Shown here: positions 30,909-42,383 of the stretch, in pieces
Position numbering within the stretch: position 1 is the first letter of the stretch
Layout of the letters: each line of letters starts with the position of its first letter
Assembly: GCA_005879585.1 (NCBI GenBank)
Contig: VBKG01000327.1
Span: forward strand, 11,932-75,931
Source of the DNA: Deltaproteobacteria bacterium
GTDB taxonomy: Bacteria > Desulfobacterota > Binatia > DP-6
Direction of reading: 5' to 3'
Length of the DNA: 64,000 nt
Made by a program: the position numbers and the translations under genes
Notes under the pieces: model-generated
The model's database searches: none
What the model saw: only the letters and a program-made list of their open reading frames with translations
Told to the model about the DNA's origin: nothing

Positions 30909-31652
30909 TCAAGACGTCCCGGATGCGGGGTTGACGAGGGTATAGAGGGCAATCCCGGCGGCCACCGCGACGTTCAACGAGTCGACCCCCGGAGCCATCG
31001 GGATGGAGGCCACGAAGTCACACGCCCGAAGGACGAGCGGGCGCAGCCCCTCCCCCTCGCCGCCCAGCACGACGGCCACTCGTTCCGGACGATCGAGGTC
31101 GCCGAGCCGCCTCGGCGCATCGCTCGTCAGCCCGACGAGCCAATAACCGGCGTCCTTGAGCGTCGTCATGGCGCGCACCAGGTTCGGGACGCGCACGATC
31201 GGGATCCCGAAGACGAGGCCCGCCGACGTCGCCGCCACGACGCCCGTCACTGCCACGCTGCGGTCCTGGGGTACGACGACGCCCGCCAGACCGGCCGCCC
31301 GGGCGGTGCGGATGATCGCGCCCAGGTTCCGGGGATCCTGCAGGCCGTCGAGCAGGAGCGCACTCCGGCACTCCGGGCCGCACAGCCGATCGAGGGGTGC
31401 GTACCGGAAACCGGGCACGAGGGCGACGGCGCCCTGATGGTGCGGCGATCCGGCGCGGCGGCCGAGGGCGCCGCGATCCCGCTCCTCGATGAAGGAGACA
31501 TCACGCGCACGGGCCGCCGCCGCGAGCTCGTGCATGCGGGGGCCAGGCGCCAGGTAGAGGTCGCCGACGGGATGCCCGCTCCGCAACAGCTCGAGCACCG
31601 GATTCGCACCGTACACGACGAGCGCGCGATCCGCTGTTCGATTCCGCATCAT
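30909..31652 (-). CDS. rlmB: 23S rRNA (guanosine-2'-O)-methyltransferase RlmB / SpoU-TrmH family
   Basis: 247 aa with a SpoU-type C-terminal motif region (...VVLGGEGEGLRPLVLRACDFVASIPMAPGVDSLNVAVAAGIALY) and an N-terminal substrate-binding domain (VVYGANPVLELL). Confidence 0.85.
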   Translation of the reverse strand: MMRNRTADRALVVYGANPVLELLRSGHPVGDLYLAPGPRMHELAAAARARDVSFIEERDRGALGRRAGSPHHQGAVALVPGFRYAPLDRLCGPECRSALLLDGLQDPRNLGAIIRTARAAGLAGVVVPQDRSVAVTGVVAATSAGLVFGIPIVRVPNLVRAMTTLKDAGYWLVGLTSDAPRRLGDLDRPERVAVVLGGEGEGLRPLVLRACDFVASIPMAPGVDSLNVAVAAGIALYTLVNPASGTS

Positions 31653-31669
31653 CCTGCTACCCTCCGTCG

Positions 31670-32860
31670 ATCGCCAAGATCCTCCACAGGTACGTCTTCC
31701 GCGAGATCCTCATCCCCTTCACCTTCGGCCTCGCCGTCTTCACCTTCGTCCTGCTCGTCGCCCGGCTGCTGAAGCTGATCGAGCTCGTCGTGAGCCGCGG
31801 CCTGCCGCTCTCGAGCATCCTGCGGCTCTTCGCGTACATCATGCCCGCTTTTCTCGAGGTGACCGTTCCGATGGCGATGCTGCTCGCGATCCTGATCGCG
31901 TTCGGCCGGCTGTCGGCGGACTCCGAGATGGTGGCACTGCGCAGCTCGGGGCTGAGCCTCTACCAGCTGGTGCCCCCGGTCGCGATCTTCGTGGCGCTCA
32001 CGACGCTCGCCACCGCCGGCATTGCCCTCTACGCCCGGCCCTGGGGAAACCGCTCGTTGAAGGCCGCGCTCTACGACATCGCCCGTACGCGCGCGAGCGC
32101 CGGCCTGAAACCGGCGGTATTCAACGACGATTTCCCTGGCCTCGTCATCTATACCGAGGGCATCGATCCGACGCTCGACCGCCTCTCGCACGTCCTCATC
32201 GCCGACGAACGAGACCCGCGGCAGCACAATACCATCTTCGCCCGGGCCGGCTTTATGATCTCCGACCAACGGGCGCAGACCGTCACCCTCCGTCTCCTCG
32301 ACGGGGCCATCCACACCACGGATCCGCGAGGCGGCGCCGAGTACCAGACCGACTTTCAGTCCTACGACGTGAACCTCGACCTCCGCCAGGCGTTTGCCGG
32401 CCTCAGGCAGCGCGAGCGCGATCCGAAGGAGCTGACGCTCGGCCAGCTCGCCCGTACGATCGCCGCCAAACAGGCGGCGGGGCGGCCCTACGGTCCGGAG
32501 CTGGTCGAGTACCACCGCAAGTTCTCGATCCCGTTCGCGTGCATCGTCTTCGGCCTCGTCGCGGTCCCACTCGGCATCCAACCGGCGCGAGCCGTGCGTG
32601 CGCGCGGATTCGTCGTGAGCCTGGCCGTGATCTTCGCCTATTACATCTTCCTCTCGGCCGGGCAGGCGCTCGCCGAGCAGGCCGTGCTGTCGGCCGTCCT
32701 CGGGCTCTGGCTGCCGAACCTCGTGTTGGCGCTCCTCGGTGGCTACCTCTTCGCGCAGGCCGCACGCGAGCGGACCGCCGTCGGCCTCGAGCGGATGCAG
32801 CTGGGCCTCGCGAGGCTTCGTCAGAAAGTCGTCGCGCGGCTTGGCGCCGAGGCCGCGTGA
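31670..32860 (+). CDS. lptF: LPS export ABC permease LptF (YjgP/YjgQ family); start codon uncertain
   Basis: The conserved LptF N-terminus ...AKILHRYVFREILIPFTFGLAVFTFVLLVARLL is in-frame upstream of the first canonical start (GTG 31790). There is no ATG, GTG or TTG between the upstream stop and 31790. The start may be ATC at 31670 or a sequence error. Confidence 0.8.
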   Translation: MAKILHRYVFREILIPFTFGLAVFTFVLLVARLLKLIELVVSRGLPLSSILRLFAYIMPAFLEVTVPMAMLLAILIAFGRLSADSEMVALRSSGLSLYQLVPPVAIFVALTTLATAGIALYARPWGNRSLKAALYDIARTRASAGLKPAVFNDDFPGLVIYTEGIDPTLDRLSHVLIADERDPRQHNTIFARAGFMISDQRAQTVTLRLLDGAIHTTDPRGGAEYQTDFQSYDVNLDLRQAFAGLRQRERDPKELTLGQLARTIAAKQAAGRPYGPELVEYHRKFSIPFACIVFGLVAVPLGIQPARAVRARGFVVSLAVIFAYYIFLSAGQALAEQAVLSAVLGLWLPNLVLALLGGYLFAQAARERTAVGLERMQLGLARLRQKVVARLGAEAA

Positions 32861-33954
32861 CGCTGCGCCGGCGGCTCGTCGCGCCCGTCGTGGCCCGTCA
32901 CCTCGTCGGCGAGTTCCTCCGCGTCTTCGCGCTCGCGCTCGCCGCCTTCGTCGCCATCTACGTCATCGTCGACTTCTTCGATCGTTTCGACAGCTTTCTC
33001 CGTCACGAGGCTCCGCCCGGCGCGATGATCCGCTATTTCGTCTTCAAGCTGCCGCTCGTCGTGACGCAGGTCGCGCCGTTCGCGGTGCTGGCCGGGGCGC
33101 TCGTGGGCCTCGGTCTCCTCGCGCGCCACAACGAGTTCGTCGCGCTGCGGGCGTGCGGCGTGAGCGTCTGGCAGGTCGCGACGCCGTTGCTGGTTCTGGC
33201 AGCGGGGATCAGCGTCGGTGTCTTCGTCTGGAATGAGACCCTAGTGCCGGAGAGCGCTCGCCGCTGGCACGCGATCGAAGACCTCGAGATCAAGAAGCGC
33301 GGCGTCGCAACGGTCTTTACCGGACGCGAGGTCTGGTACCATGGCCGCGCGGGCTTCTACAACATCAACCGCGTGGCGCCGCGGCGCGGCGCGCTCTACG
33401 GCCTGACCATATACCAGCTCGGCTCCGATTTTCGTCTCCATCGACTGATCGAGGCGAACGCCGCGCTGTGGGACAATGGTCGCTGGCAGCTGGTCGGCGC
33501 GCACACGCGCGAGTTCGGTGCGGACGGCGTCCACGAAACCCCGCGCGAGCCCGAGGATTTCACGCTCCCCGAGACGCTCGCCGACTTTCAGGTGGTGTCG
33601 GTCGAGCCCGAGGAGTTCAGCTACGCCATGCTCCATCGACAGATCACCGACCTGCGGCGAAAGGGCGTCGACGTTTCCGAGAGCTGGGTCGACCTCGACC
33701 TGAAGCTCGCGCTCCCCGCCGCGAGCATCATGATGATGTTGCTCGCCGTCCCTCTCGCGTTCCGGGGGACACGAGTCACTAGTCTTGCGGGCGGGATCGG
33801 CCTCGGCTTCGCGCTCGGCTTCGCCTATTTCGTCGTGCTGGCCTTCACCCGCGCCCTCGGCCAGAGCCACGCGCTCCCGCCGGCGGTCGCCGCGTGGTCG
33901 GCCAACGCGCTCTTCGGGCTGATCGGCGGCTACCTCGTCCTCGGCGACGCGTAA
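32857..33954 (+). CDS. lptG: LPS export ABC permease LptG
   Basis: Its GTG start overlaps the lptF TGA (GTGA). The protein is (M)TLRRRLVAPVVARHLVGEFLRVFALALAAFVAIYVIVDF..., with YjgP/YjgQ topology. Confidence 0.85.
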   Translation: MTLRRRLVAPVVARHLVGEFLRVFALALAAFVAIYVIVDFFDRFDSFLRHEAPPGAMIRYFVFKLPLVVTQVAPFAVLAGALVGLGLLARHNEFVALRACGVSVWQVATPLLVLAAGISVGVFVWNETLVPESARRWHAIEDLEIKKRGVATVFTGREVWYHGRAGFYNINRVAPRRGALYGLTIYQLGSDFRLHRLIEANAALWDNGRWQLVGAHTREFGADGVHETPREPEDFTLPETLADFQVVSVEPEEFSYAMLHRQITDLRRKGVDVSESWVDLDLKLALPAASIMMMLLAVPLAFRGTRVTSLAGGIGLGFALGFAYFVVLAFTRALGQSHALPPAVAAWSANALFGLIGGYLVLGDA

Positions 33955-33966
33955 CCGCCGGGACCG

Positions 33967-35013
33967 TCAGGGAACCAGGGCCGGCGCCTCGAGCCCCGTG
34001 GTCTCCGGGAGCCCGAGCAAGACGTTCAGACACTGCACCGCCTGGCCGGCGGCACCCTTCCCCAGGTTGTCGATGGCAGTCACGACGATTGCGTGCTGGG
34101 TGGCCTCGTCCCACCGCCAGCCGATCGCGCATCGGTTCGTGCCTCGCACCTCGCGCAGCTCCGGAGGCGGTCCCGCCCCCCGCAGTACGATGAACGGCTC
34201 CCGCGAGTATGCCTGCTCGAACAGCGAATCGAGCGCCGGCTTCCCTCCCGGAACGCGCACGTACATCGTGGTCAGGATGCCGCGGCTCACGGGTAACAGG
34301 TGGGGGACGAACACCGGCGGCGCCGTTGCCCCCGCCGCGCGCAGCTCCTGTTCGATCTCGGGCGCGTGGCGATGGCTGCCGATGGCGTACGGACGAAAGT
34401 TCTCGTTCACTTCGGCGAACAGCTGCTCGACCTTGGCCGCGCGCCCGGCGCCGGTGGTTCCGGACTTGGCATCGATCACCACGGGAGCGGACAGCAGCCC
34501 GGCGCGCGCGAGCGGCGCGAGACCGAGCAGCGCCGCCGTCGGGTAGCACCCCGGATTGGCGACGAGCCGCGCGCGCCGCAGCCGGTCGCGATAGAGCTCG
34601 GGCACCCCGTACACCGCTTCGGACAAGAGCTCCGGCGCGCCATGGTCGCCATACCAGCGCGCGTAAACGGCGACATCACGAAGACGAAAGTCCGGGGAGA
34701 GGTCGATCACGCGCCGGCCGCGACGGAGCAGGTCGCGGGCGAGACTTGCGGCCGCCCCGTGCGGCAGCGCCAGGAAGATCAGCTCACCCGCGGCGGCGGC
34801 GTCGGGTTCCGGCGCCCCGAGCGTCTCGTCGACGATTCCGGACAGGAAGGGATACACCTCGGAGGCGGGACGGCCGCGGTACTGCTCCGAGGAGAGGTGC
34901 ACGAGCTCGACGGCGGGATGCTGCGCGAGGATGCGCAGCAGCGCAACGCCCGTGTATCCGGTGGCGCCGAGCACCGAGACGGGCGTGCGCGTCGCCGGTC
35001 GGACCGCCTCCAT
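33967..35013 (-). CDS. argC: N-acetyl-gamma-glutamyl-phosphate reductase
   Basis: 348 aa with an N-terminal GATGYTG NAD-binding motif and the catalytic-Cys region ...LVANPGCYPTAALLGLAPL... Confidence 0.88.
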   Translation of the reverse strand: MEAVRPATRTPVSVLGATGYTGVALLRILAQHPAVELVHLSSEQYRGRPASEVYPFLSGIVDETLGAPEPDAAAAGELIFLALPHGAAASLARDLLRRGRRVIDLSPDFRLRDVAVYARWYGDHGAPELLSEAVYGVPELYRDRLRRARLVANPGCYPTAALLGLAPLARAGLLSAPVVIDAKSGTTGAGRAAKVEQLFAEVNENFRPYAIGSHRHAPEIEQELRAAGATAPPVFVPHLLPVSRGILTTMYVRVPGGKPALDSLFEQAYSREPFIVLRGAGPPPELREVRGTNRCAIGWRWDEATQHAIVVTAIDNLGKGAAGQAVQCLNVLLGLPETTGLEAPALVP

Positions 35014-35062
35014 TCGCTCACCCTACGCATCGCGCGCGGCGCACGCAACGCCGCGGCGCGGA

Positions 35063-35461
35063 TCAACGCTTGGAGTACTGCGGCCGCTTGCGCGCCTTGT
35101 GGCGCCCGTACTTCTTGCGCTCCACCTCGCGGGAGTCGCGGGTGATGAAACCGGCCTTCTTGAGTGCGCCGCGCAACTCGGGGTTCGCCTCGAGGAGCGC
35201 CCGCGTGATGCCGTGTCGGATGGCGACGGCTTGCGCCGACACGCCACCACCGCGGACGTTCACGTCCGCGCGGTAGCTCCCGATCGTCGACGTGACCTCG
35301 AATGGCTGCTGGACGATCATGCGTGACGTTTCTCGCCCGAAGTAATTCTCGAGCGGACGGCTGTTGACGACGATCGTGCCGTCGCCCGACTGCAGCCGGA
35401 CGCGCGCGACCGACGACTTGCGCTTCCCGGTGCCCCAGAGAACGGTCACGCGATCGGCCAT
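35063..35461 (-). CDS. rpsI: 30S ribosomal protein S9
   Basis: 132 aa ending ...[14 protein letters not shown]. Confidence 0.92.
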   Translation of the reverse strand: MADRVTVLWGTGKRKSSVARVRLQSGDGTIVVNSRPLENYFGRETSRMIVQQPFEVTSTIGSYRADVNVRGGGVSAQAVAIRHGITRALLEANPELRGALKKAGFITRDSREVERKKYGRHKARKRPQYSKR

Positions 35462-35467
35462 GGCGAA

Positions 35468-35905
35468 TCACCCCACGTCGGACAGCGGAGCTGGCTTCTG
35501 AGCACGATGCGGATGCTCGGGTCCCGCATAGACCTTCAGCTTGGTGGCGAGCCGGCGTCCAAGGCGGTTCTTCGGCAGCATCCCTACGACGGCGGCACGA
35601 ATTACGCGCGTCGGATGCTTCGCCAGCACCTCGGCGGCAGTCGCGCGACGAATGCCGCCCGGATACTCCGTGTGTCGGAGGTATTCCTTGGTAGCGAGCT
35701 TGCGGCCCGTCAGGCGCACCTTGGCGGCGTTCACCACGACCACGAAGCTGCCCGTGTCGACGTGCGGCGCGAAGGCGGGGTTCGTCTTGCCGCGGAGCAC
35801 CGATGCGATACGCGATGCGAGCCTGCCGAGCACCTTCCCGTCCGCGTCGGCGACGTACCAGAGGCGCGCGGCGCGCGCGTCCTCCGCGCTGAGACTCCTC
35901 GTCAT
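35468..35905 (-). CDS. rplM: 50S ribosomal protein L13
   Basis: The alignment to L13 starts at the internal [31 protein letters not shown]. The track start at 35920 would lie only 6 nt from the tRNA-Asp 3' end. Confidence 0.88.
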   Translation of the reverse strand: MTRSLSAEDARAARLWYVADADGKVLGRLASRIASVLRGKTNPAFAPHVDTGSFVVVVNAAKVRLTGRKLATKEYLRHTEYPGGIRRATAAEVLAKHPTRVIRAAVVGMLPKNRLGRRLATKLKVYAGPEHPHRAQKPAPLSDVG

Positions 35906-35926
35906 GCGTGTCGTCGACATGTCGTG

Positions 35927-36003
35927 TGGCGGGGCCGACGAGACTCGAACTCGCGACCTCCTGCGTGACAGGCAGGCGTTCTAACCAACTGAACTACGAC
36001 CCC
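35927..36003 (-). tRNA. tRNA-Asp (anticodon GTC), CCA encoded
   Basis: Acceptor GGGGTCG/CGGCCCC, anticodon loop CTGTCAC, discriminator G followed by CCA. Confidence 0.85.
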
Positions 36004-36084
36004 GTGCGCCCTCGGAAGCGATAGCTACTAGCCGAGCGCGGCGTACCTTGCAACTGATACGTGGTCGCGAAGCTTTGCGGCGGC

Positions 36085-36156
36085 ATGGGCGGTGGCGGAT
36101 TTGAACCGCCGACCCCCGGCTTGTAAGGCCGATGCTCTCCCGCTGAGCTAACCGCC
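36085..36156 (-). tRNA. tRNA-Val (anticodon TAC)
   Basis: Acceptor GGGCGGT/ACCGCCC, anticodon loop CTTACAA and T-loop TTCAAAT. Confidence 0.85.
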
Positions 36157-36179
36157 CGCGGTGCGCGCGGGAGTCGCAG

Positions 36180-36452
36180 CTAGTTGAGCGTATCCTTGAG
36201 GCTCTTGCCGGCCTTGAACTTTGCGGACTTCGAAGCAGCGATCTGGATGGTCTCGCCGGTCTTCGGGTTGCGGCCGCTACGCGCCTTGCGGGCCGAGACC
36301 GCGAACGTACCGAAGCCCGAGATGTTGACCTTGTCACCGTTACGGAGCGCGGCGACGATGTCGTCGAAGATCGTGTTGACCGCCCGCTCCGCCTGCCCCC
36401 GGGGCAGGTCGAGCTTGGTCGAGACAGACTCGATCAGGTCGGCCTTCGTCAT
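36180..36452 (-). CDS. hupB: DNA-binding protein HU
   Basis: 90 aa, MTKADLIESVSTKLDLPRGQAERAVNTIFDDIVAALRNGDKVNISGFGTFAVSARKARSGRNPKTGETIQI... Confidence 0.92.
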   Translation of the reverse strand: MTKADLIESVSTKLDLPRGQAERAVNTIFDDIVAALRNGDKVNISGFGTFAVSARKARSGRNPKTGETIQIAASKSAKFKAGKSLKDTLN

Positions 36453-36513
36453 GGCCCCTCCGATTTCCCGCCCGCTGGCGCGTCGGCCGCTTTAGCAACC
36501 GACCTGATGGCTG

Positions 36514-38979
<2,466 letters not shown>

Positions 38980-38996
38980 CGGTTTCCCTTCTGACC

Positions 38997-40250
<1,254 letters not shown>

Positions 40251-40267
40251 TTAGCAGCCCCCTTCGG

Positions 40268-40876
40268 TCAGGTTCCCTTTACCTTGCCCGGCCGGGAGAC
40301 GATGACCTCGTCGACGAGGCCATACTCGACCGCCTGCTTGCCGGTCATGAAGAGATCGCGATCGGTGTCCTTCTCGATGCGCTTGAGGCTCTGCCCGGTG
40401 TGCCTGACCAGGATGTTGTTCATCTGCTCGCGCAGCCGGAGCATCTCGCGGGCCTGGATGTCGATGTCGCTCGCCTGCCCCTGCACGCCGCCGGCCGGCT
40501 GGTGGATCATGATCCGCGCGTGCGGCAACGCGAACCGTTTGCCCTTGGTCCCCGCCGCGAGCAGCCAGGCCGCCATGCTGGCCGCCTGCCCCACGCACAG
40601 CGTCGAGACCTCGGGCTTGATGTACTGCATGGTGTCGTAGATCGCGAGGCCGGCCGTCACGGAGCCACCGGGAGAGTTGATGTAGATGTAGATGTCCTTC
40701 TCCGGGTCCTCGGACTCGAGGAAGAGGAGCTGCGCGACGATCAGGTTCGCCAGGTCGTCGCCGATGCCGGTGCCGAGGATGATGATCCGGTCCCGCAGGA
40801 GGCGCGAGTAGATGTCGTAGGCGCGCTCGCCGCGACCGGTCTGCTCGATGACGATGGGGACGAGATTCGCGTGCAT
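40268..40876 (-). CDS. clpP: ATP-dependent Clp protease proteolytic subunit ClpP
   Basis: 202 aa starting [35 protein letters not shown]..., with the catalytic Ser in GQAASMAA. The track ORF 40268-41593 is a spurious in-frame extension across the tig 3' end. Confidence 0.9.
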   Translation of the reverse strand: MHANLVPIVIEQTGRGERAYDIYSRLLRDRIIILGTGIGDDLANLIVAQLLFLESEDPEKDIYIYINSPGGSVTAGLAIYDTMQYIKPEVSTLCVGQAASMAAWLLAAGTKGKRFALPHARIMIHQPAGGVQGQASDIDIQAREMLRLREQMNNILVRHTGQSLKRIEKDTDRDLFMTGKQAVEYGLVDEVIVSRPGKVKGT

Positions 40877-40913
40877 GGCGACTGGCAAGTACCCGTCGAG
40901 GATTCTACCGGCT

Positions 40914-42224
40914 TTACTTTTCACGGGCAATGTCCACGCGCGCCAACGCCGGCACGCTTCTTGCGCCTGCGCGGTCCTCCCCCACCAGTCGCGCAAGCGC
41001 GCGGTCGCGAACGAGCTTCGCATGGAGCGCTGCATGCGCCTCGGGACGTCGGTAGAGCGCGCGTAGACGCTCGGCACCGTGGCTCTCCCGCGCCGCCAGC
41101 GTCTCGATCGCCGCTTCGATTTCGCTTTCGTCGACCGTGATGTCGAGACGCGAGGCCACCGCGTCGAGCAGGAGCTCGGCGCGGACCTGACGCTCCGCCC
41201 GCGGCCGAAGCTCGGCACGAAGCTCGTCGAGCGCGTGCTGGTGATCCGCCCCCTCCCGGACCCCGAGCGTCCCGAGCTGCGCCTCCACTCGACGCTCGAC
41301 GAGCGTGGGCGGCACGTCGAACGGATGCCGCGCGAACAGCTGATCGAGAACCGCCTCATGCATGGTGTCCGTCGCCCGAGCTTCCGCCTCGCGCTCGAGG
41401 TCGCTGCGCACGCGGGTCCGCAGCTCGGCCAGCGACTGGCACCGGCCATGGTCGCGCGCGAAGTCGTCATCGAGCGCTGGAAGTTCCTTCGAGCGAAGCT
41501 CCCGGATCGCCACCTCGAACTCGGGCGTCTTTCCCGCGAGACCGGCGTTCGGATAGTCGCGGGGATACGGCACCTGCAGCGTGAGCTCCGCACCGCTGTG
41601 CTGCCCGACGAGCTGGCGCTCGAGCGCCAGCGGGAACGTGCCCGCGCCGGCCTCGACGAGCACGCCTTCGCGCCGCACCGGCTCGGCGCCCTCGAGGCGG
41701 CTCGTGAGGTCGACGGTCACCACGTCGCCCGCCTCGACGACCGCCCGGTCCGTGATGGGCCGGAGCTGTGCCGCGGCGTCGCGCATCTTCGCGAGCGCCG
41801 TCTCGACGGACTCGTCGGTCACGACCACAGCCGGACGGCGCACGTCGAGCCCGTCGAGGTTTCCGACCTCGATGACGGGTCGCACGTCGATGGTCGCGGC
41901 GTACCGCAGCGACTGCCCGGGCGTGAGCGGGTCGGCGTCGATGTCCGGCGTCCCCACCGGCTCGAGGTGATGGGCCTCGATCGCCTGGCGCAAGCTGGCC
42001 TCGACCAACTTGCCGAGCACCTCGCGCCGCACCTGCTCGCCGAAGGTCCGCTCGAGCACGGGCCGTGGCACGCGACCGGGGCGGAAGCCGCGCAGCCGCG
42101 CCTGGCGCCCGACCGTCGCGAAGGCGCGCTCCAGCTCCGCCTGCACGTCCGTCGCGGAGATCTCCACCTGGAGGCGCTTGCGGACCGGGGTCAGGTCCTC
42201 GAGCGTGACGTGCGGCGCCTCCAT
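40914..42224 (-). CDS. tig: trigger factor
   Basis: It has a ribosome-binding N-domain (...[18 protein letters not shown]...), a PPIase region and a C-domain. The start was chosen at the internal [11 protein letters not shown], because the track start at 42257 overlaps the tRNA-Leu 3' end. Confidence 0.88.
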   Translation of the reverse strand: MEAPHVTLEDLTPVRKRLQVEISATDVQAELERAFATVGRQARLRGFRPGRVPRPVLERTFGEQVRREVLGKLVEASLRQAIEAHHLEPVGTPDIDADPLTPGQSLRYAATIDVRPVIEVGNLDGLDVRRPAVVVTDESVETALAKMRDAAAQLRPITDRAVVEAGDVVTVDLTSRLEGAEPVRREGVLVEAGAGTFPLALERQLVGQHSGAELTLQVPYPRDYPNAGLAGKTPEFEVAIRELRSKELPALDDDFARDHGRCQSLAELRTRVRSDLEREAEARATDTMHEAVLDQLFARHPFDVPPTLVERRVEAQLGTLGVREGADHQHALDELRAELRPRAERQVRAELLLDAVASRLDITVDESEIEAAIETLAARESHGAERLRALYRRPEAHAALHAKLVRDRALARLVGEDRAGARSVPALARVDIAREK

Positions 42225-42256
42225 CACGTCAGCCCGCGCGTCGCCACGCCGCAGCA

Positions 42257-42336
42257 TGCGAGAGGGGGGATTCGAACCCCCATGGTTGCCCGCGAGATCC
42301 TAAATCTCGTGCGTCTGCCAATTCCGCCACTCTCGC
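42257..42336 (-). tRNA. tRNA-Leu (anticodon TAG)
   Basis: Acceptor GCGAGAG/CTCTCGC, anticodon loop TTTAGGA, an extended variable region and T-arm GGGGG-TTCGAAT-CCCCC. Confidence 0.8.
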
Positions 42337-42383
42337 TTCTCGAAGGCGGTTATCCATAACAACGCCCTTCCAGTGTGACAAGG

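Noticed and set aside
35014-35062. A GC hairpin (GCGGCG-cacgcaa-CGCCGC) between rpsI and argC, considered as a possible intrinsic terminator.
   Set aside because: No U-tract follows on the transcribed strand. rpsI and argC are plausibly co-transcribed or terminated by another mechanism.
40877-41593. Upstream in-frame extension of the clpP ORF (track 40268-41593).
   Set aside because: It overlaps the tig 3' half in another frame. ClpP homology starts at MHANLVPIV.
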